Shown here piece after piece: positions 22,995 to 34,520 of a stretch of DNA of 42,245 nt (positions within the stretch are counted from its first letter, which is position 1; each line of letters starts with the position of its first letter). The stretch is from Octopus bimaculoides. Lineage: Eukaryota. The stretch lies in assembly GCF_001194135.2 (NCBI RefSeq), contig NC_068987.1, positions 83,838,303 through 83,880,547 of the forward strand. Reading direction: 5' to 3'. The translations under genes and the position numbers were made by a program. The notes below the pieces were generated by a model that was given only the letters and a program-made list of their open reading frames with translations, was not told the origin of the DNA and searched no databases.

Positions 22995-23268
22995 GTGCTA
23001 TATTTAAGAGATGAGGAATTCTGTACATTATTTACATCATTTACATTCGACGGATATTTGTCCTCATTTTGTTTATTGTTAACACAAGGTTTCGGCTGAT
23101 ATACCCTCCAGCCCTCTTCAGGTGTCTTGGAGAAATTTCGAACCTGGGTTCTCATTCCTAAGGTTTTTTCGATATTATTATTATTATTAGTGTTAAGGTC
23201 ACTGCTTGGAATCGAACTCGAAATCTTGGGGTTAGTAGTCCGCGCTCTTAACTACTACGCCATATCCC
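22995..23268 (-). mobile_element. tRNA-headed SINE-like element with (TAA)n linker and Penelope-like, hammerhead-containing tail
   Basis: Minus strand: ggatatggcgtagtagttaagagcgc (A box) ... gagttcgattcc (B box) ... (taa)5 ... gacacctgaagagggctggagggtatatcagccgaaaccttgtgtt ... cttaaatatagc. Confidence 0.7.
23081..23126 (-). ncRNA. Minimal Penelope-type hammerhead motif, probably inactivated in this copy
   Basis: GACAC-CUGAAGA-G-GGCUG(loop)CAGCC-GAAAC-C-UU-GUGUU. Helix I GACAC/GUGUU and a 5-bp helix II form. Position 16.2 (23088) is C rather than the G needed for helix III. Confidence 0.6.
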
Positions 23269-23304
23269 CACGGAGACATGGCGTAGTAGTTATGATGTAA
23301 ATAA

Positions 23305-23715
23305 TAATATATTGGTTTCAAATTTTGGCACAAGGCCAGCCGTTTCGGGGGAGAAGCTAAGTCGGTTATAACCTGTACTCAACTGGTATTTATTTTATCA
23401 TCCCACGAATAAATAAAAGCAGAGTTGACCTCGCGGGTATTTGAATTGAGAAAGTACAGACGGGCGAAAAGTCGTTAAGCATTTTGCCTGGTGTGCCAAA
23501 GATTCTGTCAGCTCGCCGCCCAAATAGTTAAAAGAAATATCGATATAAAATGTTGGCACAAGGCCAGCAATTTCAGGGAGGAGTTAAGTCGGTTACAGCA
23601 ACCTCAGCACTCGACTGATACTTATTTTATCGATCACGAAATTATGAATGGCAAAGTCAACCTCGACCTCATTTGAACTCAAAACAAGGACAGACAAAAT
23701 GCCGCTAAGAGGCAT
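23305..23715 (-). mobile_element. Two tandem degenerate SINE B' copies (23305-23521 and ~23550-23715)
   Basis: Both start on the plus strand with ttggcacaaggccagc; the first runs to gctcgccgcc and the second to gccgctaag. Confidence 0.8.
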
Positions 23716-23944
23716 TATAACCATGTGATAACTATATATTATATTGTGCCTGGTGAGAATAATTTTGTTTTAATGCTTTATTAATCAACGCACTGACCAG
23801 TTCGATGTCCACTCATTTACATATTTACTTTTACTAAAATTTTCGTTGCTTCTTACAACCTCTCCATTAGTTGTTGGCTCTTTATTAGTTATCATAAAAT
23901 GAAGCCGATCAACCGGTGCAAAATAAACAAACATAAATAGATAT

Positions 23945-24089
23945 AGGCGCAGGTGTGACTGTGTGATAAGTAGCTTGCTTACCAACCACATGGTTCCGGG
24001 TTCAGTCCCACTACGTGGCACCTTGGGCAAGTGTCTTCTACTATAGCCTCGGGCCAACCAAAGCCTTCTGAGTGGATTTGGTAGACGGA
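23945..24089 (+). mobile_element. SINE family A head plus core, running into gap
   Basis: Near-consensus sequence. Confidence 0.92.
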
Positions 24090-24615
24090 NNNNNNNNNNN
24101 NNNNNNNNNNNNNNNNNNNNNNNNNNNNNNNNNNNNNNNNNNNNNNNNNNNNNNNNNNNNNNNNNNNNNNNNNNNNNNNNNNNNNNNNNNNNNNNNNNNN
24201 NNNNNNNNNNNNNNNNNNNNNNNNNNNNNNNNNNNNNNNNNNNNNNNNNNNNNNNNNNNNNNNNNNNNNNNNNNNNNNNNNNNNNNNNNNNNNNNNNNNN
24301 NNNNNNNNNNNNNNNNNNNNNNNNNNNNNNNNNNNNNNNNNNNNNNNNNNNNNNNNNNNNNNNNNNNNNNNNNNNNNNNNNNNNNNNNNNNNNNNNNNNN
24401 NNNNNNNNNNNNNNNNNNNNNNNNNNNNNNNNNNNNNNNNNNNNNNNNNNNNNNNNNNNNNNNNNNNNNNNNNNNNNNNNNNNNNNNNNNNNNNNNNNNN
24501 NNNNNNNNNNNNNNNNNNNNNNNNNNNNNNNNNNNNNNNNNNNNNNNNNNNNNNNNNNNNNNNNNNNNNNNNNNNNNNNNNNNNNNNNNNNNNNNNNNNN
24601 NNNNNNNNNNNNNNN

Positions 24616-24883
24616 CGAGATTTCCAGTTGATCCGATCAACGGAACAACTCCCTGCACGTGAAATTAACGGGCAAGTGGTGAGCACTCCACAGACAAATG
24701 TACCTTTAACGTAATTCGCGGGGAGATTCAGCGTGACACAGAGTGTGACAAGGCTGGCTGTTTGAAATACAGGTATAAGAGAAACAGGACGAAAGAGCGA
24801 GAGGAAGTCATCGTGAAAGAGTACAGCAGGGTTCGCCACCAGCCTCTGCCGGAGCCTCGTAGAGCTTTAGTTGTTTTCGCTCA
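24616..24883 (-). mobile_element. SINE family C, internal and 3' part
   Basis: Reverse complement matches 26050-26310. Confidence 0.88.
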
Positions 24884-25064
24884 CCAACAGTAAACAACAT
24901 GAAATACGAAAACAAATGAGTTTAATACGCAAACAAACAGCGAGAGAAACAAATGGAAAAGAGGACAAGTGACATAAAGAACTATCCTTAATCAGTTGTC
25001 GGCTGTCTATCTACTCCTCATTTCAACATATATACACATATCTATATTAGTATGTCTATGTTTG

Positions 25065-25521
25065 TCTCCACCACCACCACTTGGAAACTGGTGATGTTTT
25101 GTTTATGTCCTCATGACTTAGCGGTTCAGCAAAAGAGAACGGTAGTATAAGTAACGCAAAGTCGATCTTGGCGGAATTTGAACTCAGAACTTAAAGACGG
25201 ACGAAATGCCGTGAAGTGTTTTGCTTGCCTTGCTAACGATTTAACAAGCTCGTCGCTTTTATGATTAAATTAAATATTTTTTTCTACTCTAGGCACAAGG
25301 CCAAAAATTTGGGAGGGAGGGGGTCAGTCAATTAGATCAACTCCGTTACGCAACTAGTACTTAATTTATCGATCCCGAAAGGAGGAAAGGCAAAGTCTAC
25401 CTCGGCGGAATTTGAACGTAAAGGCAGACGAAATACCTATTTCGTTATTGCCCACAAGGGGCTAAACATAGAGGGAACAAACAAGAACAGACGAACGGAT
25501 TAAGTCGATTACATCGACCCC
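25065..25521. mobile_element. Cluster of degenerate SINE pieces: A 3' half (+), B/B' heads (-), B tail (-)
   Basis: gacttagcggttcagcaaaagag (A) fused to gcaaagtcga..ggcggaatttgaactcagaac (B, minus), then ttttctactctaggcacaaggcc... and gcccacaaggggctaaacatagag.... Confidence 0.75.
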
Positions 25522-25694
25522 NNNNNNNNNNGCAATTAATGATGTGGCTGAGTGAAGCATTTTGATGCTGACGTGTGGTGGTTCTTCTTTTTTTTTTTGA
25601 TACTTCACGTCACATTTCTGAGTTTAAATTCGAGCAAGAAGAGACAGCACTTGTTTATTCAACGTCATGCAAATTAATACCAGTAATGAAGTGT

Positions 25695-25905
25695 GGTAAA
25701 GCGACGACCCGAGAGAAGCGTTAGTACGTTCGACATAATGCTTAGCGGCATCTCTGCCGTCTAATTCTTCACGCTCTGAGTTCAAATCCCGCCAAGGTTA
25801 ACTTTGCCTTTCATTTCTTCGGGGTTGGTAAAATAATGTACAGATGAACAACCGGAACCGATGTTATCGACTTGTCCTCTCTCCTTAAAATTGCTAGTCT
25901 TGAAC
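25695..25905 (+). mobile_element. Degenerate SINE B'
   Basis: atgcttagcggcat...ctgagttcaaatcccgccaaggttaactttgcctttcat...ttcggggttg. Confidence 0.75.
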
Positions 25906-25956
25906 CCTATAAAAGACTGAAACAGTGAGATATTTGTGTCTTAAACATAGTTACTG

Positions 25957-26339
25957 TGGAGGCGCATTGGCCCAGTGGTTAGGGCAGTGGACTCGCGGTC
26001 ATAGGATCGTGGTTTCGATTCCCAGACTGGGCGTTGTGAGTGTTTATTGAGCGAAAATACCTAAAGCTCCACGAAGCTCCGGCAGGGGATGGTGGTGAAC
26101 CTTGCTGTACTCTTTCACCACAACTTTCTCTCACTCTTACTTCCTGTTTCTGTTGTGCTTGTAATTCAAAGGGTCAGCCTTGTCACACTGTGTCACGCTG
26201 AATTTCCCCGAGAACTACGTTAAGGGTACACGTGTCTGTGGAGTGCTCAGCCACTTGCACGTAAATTTCACGAGCAGGCTGTTCCGTTGATCGGATCAAC
26301 TGGAACCCTCGACGTCGTAAGCGACGGAGTGCCAACAAC
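25957..26339 (+). mobile_element. Full-length SINE family C with 14-bp TSD
   Basis: A box tggcccagtgg, B box ggtttcgattcc, (aac)n tail. aaacatagttactg occurs at 25943-25956 and 26340-26353. Confidence 0.95.
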
Positions 26340-27700
26340 AAACATAGTTACTGCGCAGTACCAATCACAGAAACACACTTCAGCTATCTGGTTGGAAAAC
26401 TAACATACCGTCCATTCAGCTGTTTTCAAGTCTCTGTTGCATTTAATTAAAACGAAGCAACAATGTGTAACTACGAAGAGGTTTTCATTTTCTATCAAAA
26501 TATCCCAATGATACTAATATAAAAACAGAAAGCGTAAGAAAGTATTTTGATTCTGGTTTGAAATAAACGAATGGAGCCAGTAAGGTTTTATGAAATTGCA
26601 TCCTCAAGGAGTATTTAGTTTTCTTCAGTTTCAAATAACTTCAAATCGAAATAATCTTTCACTAAAATTGTTCACTGCTGAGTTTAGAATTCAAAAGAAC
26701 GATTCTGTGATGATTCCAACAAATGACTTGGCTCAAAGCCTTGGAAACGAGGCAGAAAGCCAAGAGATTTGTTTTTAGAAAGACTGTATGAAAGAACGAC
26801 AATCTTTTACACGAAGGAATAAACTTATTATTTGAACTTGAACGACTTCATGACTTATTAGCCAGCCACTAGATGACTCTGAACTGTAATGTAGGCAATC
26901 AGTCTTTCTAATATCATATATCAACTTTCCTCTCTAGAATCCGTCAGTCTGAAATGAAAAGAAAACAAACGGTTCTTTCCAACTTGTTGACATATTTTTC
27001 AGATGATCACGCACAAAAATAGCGAAACAAGATTTATTTGAAGCAAATATACTAAATGGCAAATGAATTGATGAGATAGATATATCGAACACGGCATTAT
27101 TGATCTAAGGAAAGTAACTTAAATATTTGTTAGGATTTCTCCGATAAGAAATTATATAAATTAGAACTACAGCAAAGTTAATTCCTGTAATTAATTACTG
27201 GGACAAAATACATTTTATCGCAATCTGATATCAACATAAAATGCGAGGATATCTGAAAAGAAAATAGAATCTGACTTGTGATTATCAGAACGGTATCACA
27301 TTTTAAACATCCTACTCGTTATTCGCCTTGAAATCTTTCTGTTCTACAACACAGTCGTTTCAATCATTAAGCTTAGCATTGGTTGAGAGATTATTAAAAT
27401 AGTCTTTGAGTAAAATTGTACTTTATTTAAGGTGTTAAATCTGTTCAGTTTTTTTCCCCTTAAATATTTATATAATTTTATATTATATACCATTTTACAC
27501 ATATTTCGACCAGTGTATTTTCTGAAACTTCATATTGTTGTATTTGATTGATATATTATTTATCGATCCCGAAAAATAATGAAAACTGAAATCGGATTCC
27601 GTGGGACTTGAACTCAGGGCGCGCCAGAGTTATAACATCTTCTATACCCACTCTCCGACAACACTGCCAATTCACCGCTTACTTTAATATTTATTCTAAA

Positions 27701-27933
27701 GGCGGCGAGCTAGCAGAAACGTTAGCACGCCGGGCGAAATGCTTAGCGATATTTCGTCTGCCGTTACGTTCTGAGTTCAAATTCCGCCGAGGTCGACTTT
27801 GCCTTTCATCCTTTCGGGGGTCGATTAAATAAGTACCAGTTAGGCACTGGGGTCGATAAAATCGACTTAATCCGTTTGTCTGTCCTTGTTTGTCCCCTCT
27901 GTGTGTAGCCTCTTGTTTGCAGTAAAGAAATAA
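27701..27933 (+). mobile_element. Full-length SINE family B
   Basis: Near-consensus copy. Confidence 0.93.
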
Positions 27934-28137
27934 AATACATTAGCACGCCTTGGAGGGGTAAAAATATTAATATTCTACCAAGTCAGAGTATTGGATAGAA
28001 CTAGTAGACGCGTGATCTGACGGAGTCTTTCGTCTACACTAATACGTTGTCTCATGCAGACAATTTTATGAAATTTCTTACTGTGTCTGGGTTTTGTCAG
28101 ACCGCCTTTCTTCTGTCTTGACTCACATCTGACTTTA

Positions 28138-28159
28138 ACCAATTCTCATTGTCTGATTC

Positions 28160-28190
<31 letters not shown>

Positions 28191-28260
28191 CTCTCTCTCT
28201 CTCTCTCTCTCCCTTTATCTCTCTTCTCACTCTCCCCCCTCTCTCTCTCCGTGTTTACCT
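28138..28260. repeat. (CT)n polypyrimidine microsatellite
   Basis: Direct reading. Confidence 0.9.
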
Positions 28261-29066
28261 TCCTTCTTAGCTATTTCTATCTCTATGTTTCTGTACGATT
28301 GCGCTAGCTCAGACAGACATATACACACACATAAAGGGAGCTACACCCTCACACATACATTATTTCAACATTGCATGTAAGTTTGTGTACCGCGTATGTA
28401 TGCGCGCGTGTGGCCTTTTCTAAAATGGTNNNNNNNNNNNNNNNNNNNNNNNNNNNNNNNNNNNNNNNNNNNNNNNNNNNNNNNNNNNNNNNNNNNNNNN
28501 NNNNNNNNNNNNNNNNNNNNNNNNNNNNNNNNNNNNNNNNNNNNNNNNNNNNNNNNNNNNNNNNNNNNNNNNNNNNNNNNNNNNNNNNNNNNNNNNNNNN
28601 NNNNNNNNNNNNNNNNNNNNNNNNNNNNNNNNNNNNNNNNNNNNNNNNNNNNNNNNNNNNNNNNNNNNNNNNNNNNNNNNNNNNNNNNNNNNNNNNNNNN
28701 NNNNNNNNNNNNNNNNNNNNNNNNNNNNNNNNNNNNNNNNNNNNNNNNNNNNNNNNNNNNNNNNNNNNNNNNNNNNNNNNNNNNNNNNNNNNNNNNNNNN
28801 NNNNNNNNNNNNNNNNNNNNNNNNNNNNNNNNNNNNNNNNNNNNNNNNNNNNNNNNNNNNNNNNNNNNNNNNNNNNNNNNNNNNNNNNNNNNNNNNNNNN
28901 NNNNNNNNNNNNNNNNNNNNNNNNNNNNNNNNNNNNNNNNNNNNNNNNNNNNNNNNNNNNNNNNNNNNNNNNNNNNNNNNNNNNNNNNNNNNNNNNNNNN
29001 NNNNNNNNNNNNNNNNNNNNNNNNNNNNNNNNNNNNNNNNNNNNNNNNNNNNNNNNNNNNNNNNNN

Positions 29067-29117
<51 letters not shown>

Positions 29118-29179
29118 GATACATATATTCGATGTGTGCATGTGTATATGTTTGTATGTGTGAGTGTTTTGCGAGTGTG

Positions 29180-29385
29180 TTGTGTTTGTCTCCTACCAAC
29201 GCCGCTTGACTACTGTTGCCGGTATTATAAGGTCCCTGTAATTTAACCGTTCTGCAAAAGAGATCGATAGAATATGTACCGGATTAAAAAAAACCCACTT
29301 CTGATCTCGATTTGCTCGGCTAAACCCTTCAAGGTGGTGCTCTAACATAGCTGTAGTGCAGTGACTTAAAAAACAAAGGAACAAA
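29180..29385 (+). mobile_element. Degenerate SINE family A 3' half
   Basis: ccgcttgac...gtaatttaaccgttctgcaaaagagatcgatagaat...aaggtggtgctctaacatagctgtagt. Confidence 0.75.
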
Positions 29386-30492
29386 AATAAAAGAGACAAG
29401 TAAAATAAGATAACAATGTATGATAAGCTAAAAACAGTAAAAAGAAGGGTTTTATCGATGAGGCAAGAGAGAATATCAGACAGAAGATTGTAGAGTGTAT
29501 TTTGAAGGAATATAGCTGCTATCTTTTGATATTCAAGTGACCACTTACAGAAGCCTCCTATCGTTGATTAGAGAAAAACGTTTTGCATTAATTTCTATAC
29601 AGAGAATATATTTCTGTACCTCCTGGTGAAAAGAAAAATTCCGAACGTATTTTCTCTTAGCAAGTGAGCTTATCGACCGTTCACGAACTTTCTATCACTT
29701 CTATCGTAATTATGACATATCTGAATTTCTGATGGGACACAAGTCCACCGCAGTAATCTTTTGAATTTTTCTGGTTGATGCTTTCCTTTACGTTTCTTCC
29801 CACAACTTCCCACGCTTCTACAACCCCTATCCCACCGATTTCCACCAGGCGATCTACGTACATCCTGCACGTGTTTTGCATTTTGGGTTCTTACCACTGT
29901 CATGCATTTTCAAACTTCTGATTATTCATCTCAAGAGATAACCTACCTATTTCCACGTACGTCTTGCTTTTCGCTGTCCAATGGCCTCGTCATGACCTGT
30001 AAGCAAATAATTCTACTGTTCAATTTTTGAACAATTAATAGTTAATACGTTCAGAACAATCGGTTTCTGAAGGTTTCGACCATTTCTGAGGATATTTGTC
30101 TACGTATGCCAAAATTTGGCACAACAGATATGGCGTTGCTATTAAAAATTCTGTCCTTACATTGTGTAATCTATTTCTTTGATTTTATAACTAGAGTATA
30201 CTACACCATTTAAAAAAAAGAATTTTTTTGAGTCGTCGGACTTATAGGCCGGTTACCCGTTTTCAACGATGTGTAAGTGACAGAGATCGCAACATGTACT
30301 CAGAATGGAACTTTGGTCCATTGCAGTGATCAAGGCCAGAAGTTTTAAAAGAAGCGGAGACAAGACAGTCGCATCAAGCCCAGTACTTTATTTTATAGAT
30401 TCTCGGAGGGATAAAATGTAAAATTGACCACTGCGAGATTTGAACTCAGAACGTAAACTACCAAGAGAGATGCTGGTAAGTTCTGCTAGAAC

Positions 30493-30706
30493 TTTTCTAC
30501 TCTAGGCACAAGGCCCGAAATTTTGGGGGAAGGGGCCAGTCGATTAGATCGACTCCAGTATGTAACTGGTACTTAATTTATTGATTCCCAACAAGATGAA
30601 AGGCAAAGTCGACCTCGACGGATTTTGAACTCAGAACGTAAAGTCGGACGAAATACTGCTAAGAATTTCACCCGGCGAGCTAACGTTTCCGCTAGCTCAC
30701 CGTCTT
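30493..30706 (-). mobile_element. Full-length SINE of the B group with a third tail variant, inside an older B' remnant
   Basis: ttttctactctaggcacaaggcccgaaattttggggg...ggcaaagtcgacctcg..ggattttgaactcagaacgta...gctagctcaccgtctt. An older degenerate copy lies at ~30330-30480. Confidence 0.85.
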
Positions 30707-30760
30707 AACGATTCTGCCTGAACGGCGCATTAGAGTATATAAACAAGCACAGACACAAAT

Positions 30761-30830
<70 letters not shown>

Positions 30831-31672
30831 NNNNNNNNNNNNNNNNNNNNNNNNNNNNNNNNNNNNNNNNNNNNNNNNNNNNNNNNNNNNNNNNNNNNNN
30901 NNNNNNNNNNNNNNNNNNNNNNNNNNNNNNNNNNNNNNNNNNNNNNNNNNNNNNNNNNNNNNNNNNNNNNNNNNNNNNNNNNNNNNNNNNNNNNNNNNNN
31001 NNNNNNNNNNNNNNNNNNNNNNNNNNNNNNNNNNNNNNNNNNNNNNNNNNNNNNNNNNNNNNNNNNNNNNNNNNNNNNNNNNNNNNNNNNNNNNNNNNNN
31101 NNNNNNNNNNNNNNNNNNNNNNNNNNNNNNNNNNNNNNNNNNNNNNNNNNNNNNNNNNNNNNNNNNNNNNNNNNNNNNNNNNNNNNNNNNNNNNNNNNNN
31201 NNNNNNNNNNNNNNNNNNNNNNNNNNNNNNNNNNNNNNNNNNNNNNNNNNNNNNNNNNNNNNNNNNNNNNNNNNNNNNNNNNNNNNNNNNNNNNNNNNNN
31301 NNNNNNNNNNNNNNNNNNNNNNNNNNNNNNNNNNNNNNNNNNNNNNNNNNNNNNNNNNNNNNNNNNNNNNNNNNNNNATAGATAAATAGATAGATAGATG
31401 GATGGATTGATGGATAGAGAGATAGATGGATGGATAGATAGAGATAGATAGATAGATGAATAGGTCGATAGATAAGTAGATAGATATATAGATAGGTAGA
31501 TAGATAGATAGATAGATAGACGGAAGTATGAAAGGAAGATAAAAAAATAAAAACACATCGATAAGGAACACAGCCGAAATAGTAAAAGCTGATACTAAAG
31601 ATATTGAAAGACAGATAATGTGTGTGTGTATGCATACTTGTACGTATGAAAGAGAAAATGAGGAAAATAAGT

Positions 31673-31716
<44 letters not shown>

Positions 31717-31978
31717 TTAGAGTGAGAAAGGTAGGGAAAGAAAGAGGTAGAAATTTAAAGTGAAAGGAGAAAGAGGGTTAGAAGGGGGCACGAGGAATGG
31801 AAAAGGAGAGACGAAATAGGAAGGAATCAGTAGACATATAATTAAATAAAATGAACAGGTTTACACATGTAAAACTTGGAAAGGAAGGTGTAATTGGCGA
31901 TATGTCTTGTATGTTCGCGGTAACGTCTGGTGTGTATACAAATATGTGTCCATACATATCTATACATACATATATGCA

Positions 31979-32012
<34 letters not shown>

Positions 32013-32081
32013 CATATACGTGTGTATTTGCGAAGATGAGTGCTTATATATGCATACATAAGCATATATACAAAGATATGT

Positions 32082-32146
<65 letters not shown>

Positions 32147-32372
32147 CACACACACACACGCACACATATGAGAGTACGTGTGTGTTTGTATGTGCGTATG
32201 TGTATGTGTTTATATATGTACACATACACACATATATGTGTGTGTGTGTGTGTGTGTCTGCGTGAGTGTGTGTGTTTGTGTGTGCCTGTGTATTTGTGTG
32301 TGTGTTTGTGTGTGTGGAGAGAAATAATATAGAGTAATAGGTAGTTAACCTGTAAGTCAGATAGACAGACAG

Positions 32373-32407
<35 letters not shown>

Positions 32408-32595
32408 NNNNNNNNNNNNNNNNNNNNNNNNNNNNNNNNNNNNNNNNNNNNNNNNNNNNNNNNNNNNNNNNNNNNNNNNNNNNNNNNNNNNNNNNNNNNN
32501 NNNNNNNNNNNNNNNNNNNNNNNNNNNNNNNNNNNNNNNNNNNNNNNNNNNNNNNNNNNNNNNNNNNNNNNNNNNNNNNNNNNNNNNNNNNNNNN

Positions 32596-32636
<41 letters not shown>

Positions 32637-32719
32637 ATATGTGTGATCCATACACAGTCAGACATACAGATATTCGCGTACAAATAAAGGACAGTGATAG
32701 AAAGAAAGGAGTAAAGAAA

Positions 32720-32945
32720 TATAATGGCGTGGAGTGTGGTGGTTGTGGCTGTGGTGGTGGTGGTTGTTGTGGTTGCGGTGGGTGTATTAGTTGTGGCGGT
32801 GGTTGTAGTGGTTGTGGTGGGTATGTGGTTGCCGTGGTTGTGATGGTTCTTGTTGTTGTGTTGGTTGTAGTGGTTGTCGTGGGTGTGGTAGTTGCGGTGG
32901 TTGTAGTGATTGTGGTGGTAGTTGTGGTGGTAGTTGTGGTGGTGA
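32720..32945. repeat. GT-rich degenerate trinucleotide (GGT/GTT/GTA) tract
   Basis: Direct reading. Source of the His/Thr/Val-rich pseudo-ORFs. Confidence 0.88.
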
Positions 32946-33567
32946 AAGTATGTGTCTCCCAATTTGAATAACAGCATAGCTTTCAAATAATCTGTAAGTC
33001 ACTTCTTAGCGAAGAGCTGGGAATGTCGGCATGCTGCCAATATTCCCATCACCGTTCTCTTCTTTTCCGCTTGTCGGTTGGATTTTCCTGGCTAAACCGC
33101 TTCATTTCTTTATTCATTGATTGCTGTAACTCATTCCCGAATCCGGACAACTAATAAACACATTCAAAACAGACACACCATCAGACCTGTCCTTCTATTT
33201 CATACTCACACGCACAATCTCACTTCCGTATCCGCCAGACCTTGGTCTTGATCTCCCTTTCCTGGTCCCATTGCCAAAAAAAAAACAAAAAAAAAACGAT
33301 CCACTCAGACATCATTCTCTTCCTATTCTACCTTACCTAATTCATTCCAACCGACACACATCGTTCGTAAACAACAACAACAAGAACGACGACGACTGTG
33401 AAAGCAACATTAACAACAAACACATGTACGGATATATCTATGTAGGATTCTAAGTATGCATGTGACGGTGCACCCTATCATACAGGATCTTCTCTTTCTC
33501 ACTGTGTATTGGAAGACGCGCGCGAGCCTTGTGTGCGCGCCTGTGTGTGCGCGTGTGTGTATATATT

Positions 33568-33603
<36 letters not shown>

Positions 33604-33795
33604 GAAGCACACATATGCATACACATACATATATGTATATATAAATATATATATACATATATAAGTTATGTATATATATATATATTTATATATATATACA
33701 TATTTAAGATATGTATATATATATATAAATATATATATATATTTTATATATATACATAAGATATACATATATATACATACATATATTCTTTTAGT

Positions 33796-34210
33796 CTTTT
33801 ATTCTTGTATTTGGTTCAGTCATTTGATTGCGGCCATGGTGAAGCACTACCTTTAGTCGAACAAATCGACCCCAGGGCTTATTCTTTGTAAGCCTAGTAC
33901 TTATTCTATTGGGCCCTTTTGCCGAACTGCTAAGTTACGGGGACGTAAACACATCAACATCGGTTGTTAAGTGATGGTGGGGGGAAAACACAGGCACACA
34001 AACACTCACACTCACTCACACACATACATACATATATACATATATACGACGGACTTCTTTCAGTTTCCGTCTACCAAATCCTCTCACAAGCCTTTGGTCA
34101 GCCTGAGGTTATGGTAGAAGACACTTGCCCAAGGTGCCACGCAGTGGGACTGAAACCGGAACCATGTGGTTGGTAAGCAAGCTACTTACCACACGACCAC
34201 TCCTGTGCCT
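33796..34210 (-). mobile_element. Full-length SINE family A
   Basis: Near-consensus head, core, (CA)/(TA) tract and 3' half. Confidence 0.92.
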
Positions 34211-34230
34211 ACGAATATATATATATATAT

Positions 34231-34520
34231 GAAAACGCCATACGCCCCCTATACAGCAACAAGTTCTGGAATAGGTCGGAGAGGGACACCAACAAAAGAA
34301 ATAAAAATAATACTTGGTATGATAACAAGAAGTTTCATAGTAAAATGCTTGTTGACGCTACACCTATGAACGAATTAAGGAAGGCATTTAAGAAAATCCT
34401 GCGCACAACTGGCTTTAAGATCAAATTTGTAGAAGAGACAGGTAGGACTATCAAATCTGTATTAAGTAAATCATACCAATTTGATAAAATCACGTGTCGG
34501 AATATGTGTAATATGTTCTA
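34231..34520 (+). mobile_element. Penelope-like retroelement fragment (RT thumb to GIY-YIG linker)
   Basis: Open frame from 34231: IRPLYSNKFWNRSERDTNKRNKNNTWYDNKKFHSKMLVDATPMNELRKAFKKILRTTGFKIKFVEETGRTIKSVLSKSYQFDKITCRNMCNM. It resembles the PLE pattern RPLYR..EW...R...K..WY....MFVP.TP..EL......I...G..IK.VE..G..IK..L......C...C. Confidence 0.7.

Larger units (their letters stand above)
779..32595. other. Thirteen assembly gaps (N runs), ~5.3 kb in total
   Basis: Approximate gaps: 779-1260, 3592-3927, 6691-6972, 9922-10071, 11828-12550, ~14936-15500, 16679-17165, 18656-19070, 24090-24615, 25522-25530, 28430-29066, 30831-31377, 32408-32595. Most abut microsatellites or SINEs. Confidence 0.98.

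Noticed and set aside
29660-29940. ~95-codon plus-strand frame with one in-frame TGA (possible selenocysteine or signal peptide)
   Set aside because: No selenoprotein-like context (no CxxU/UxxC) and no SECIS seen. The peptide is unrecognisable.
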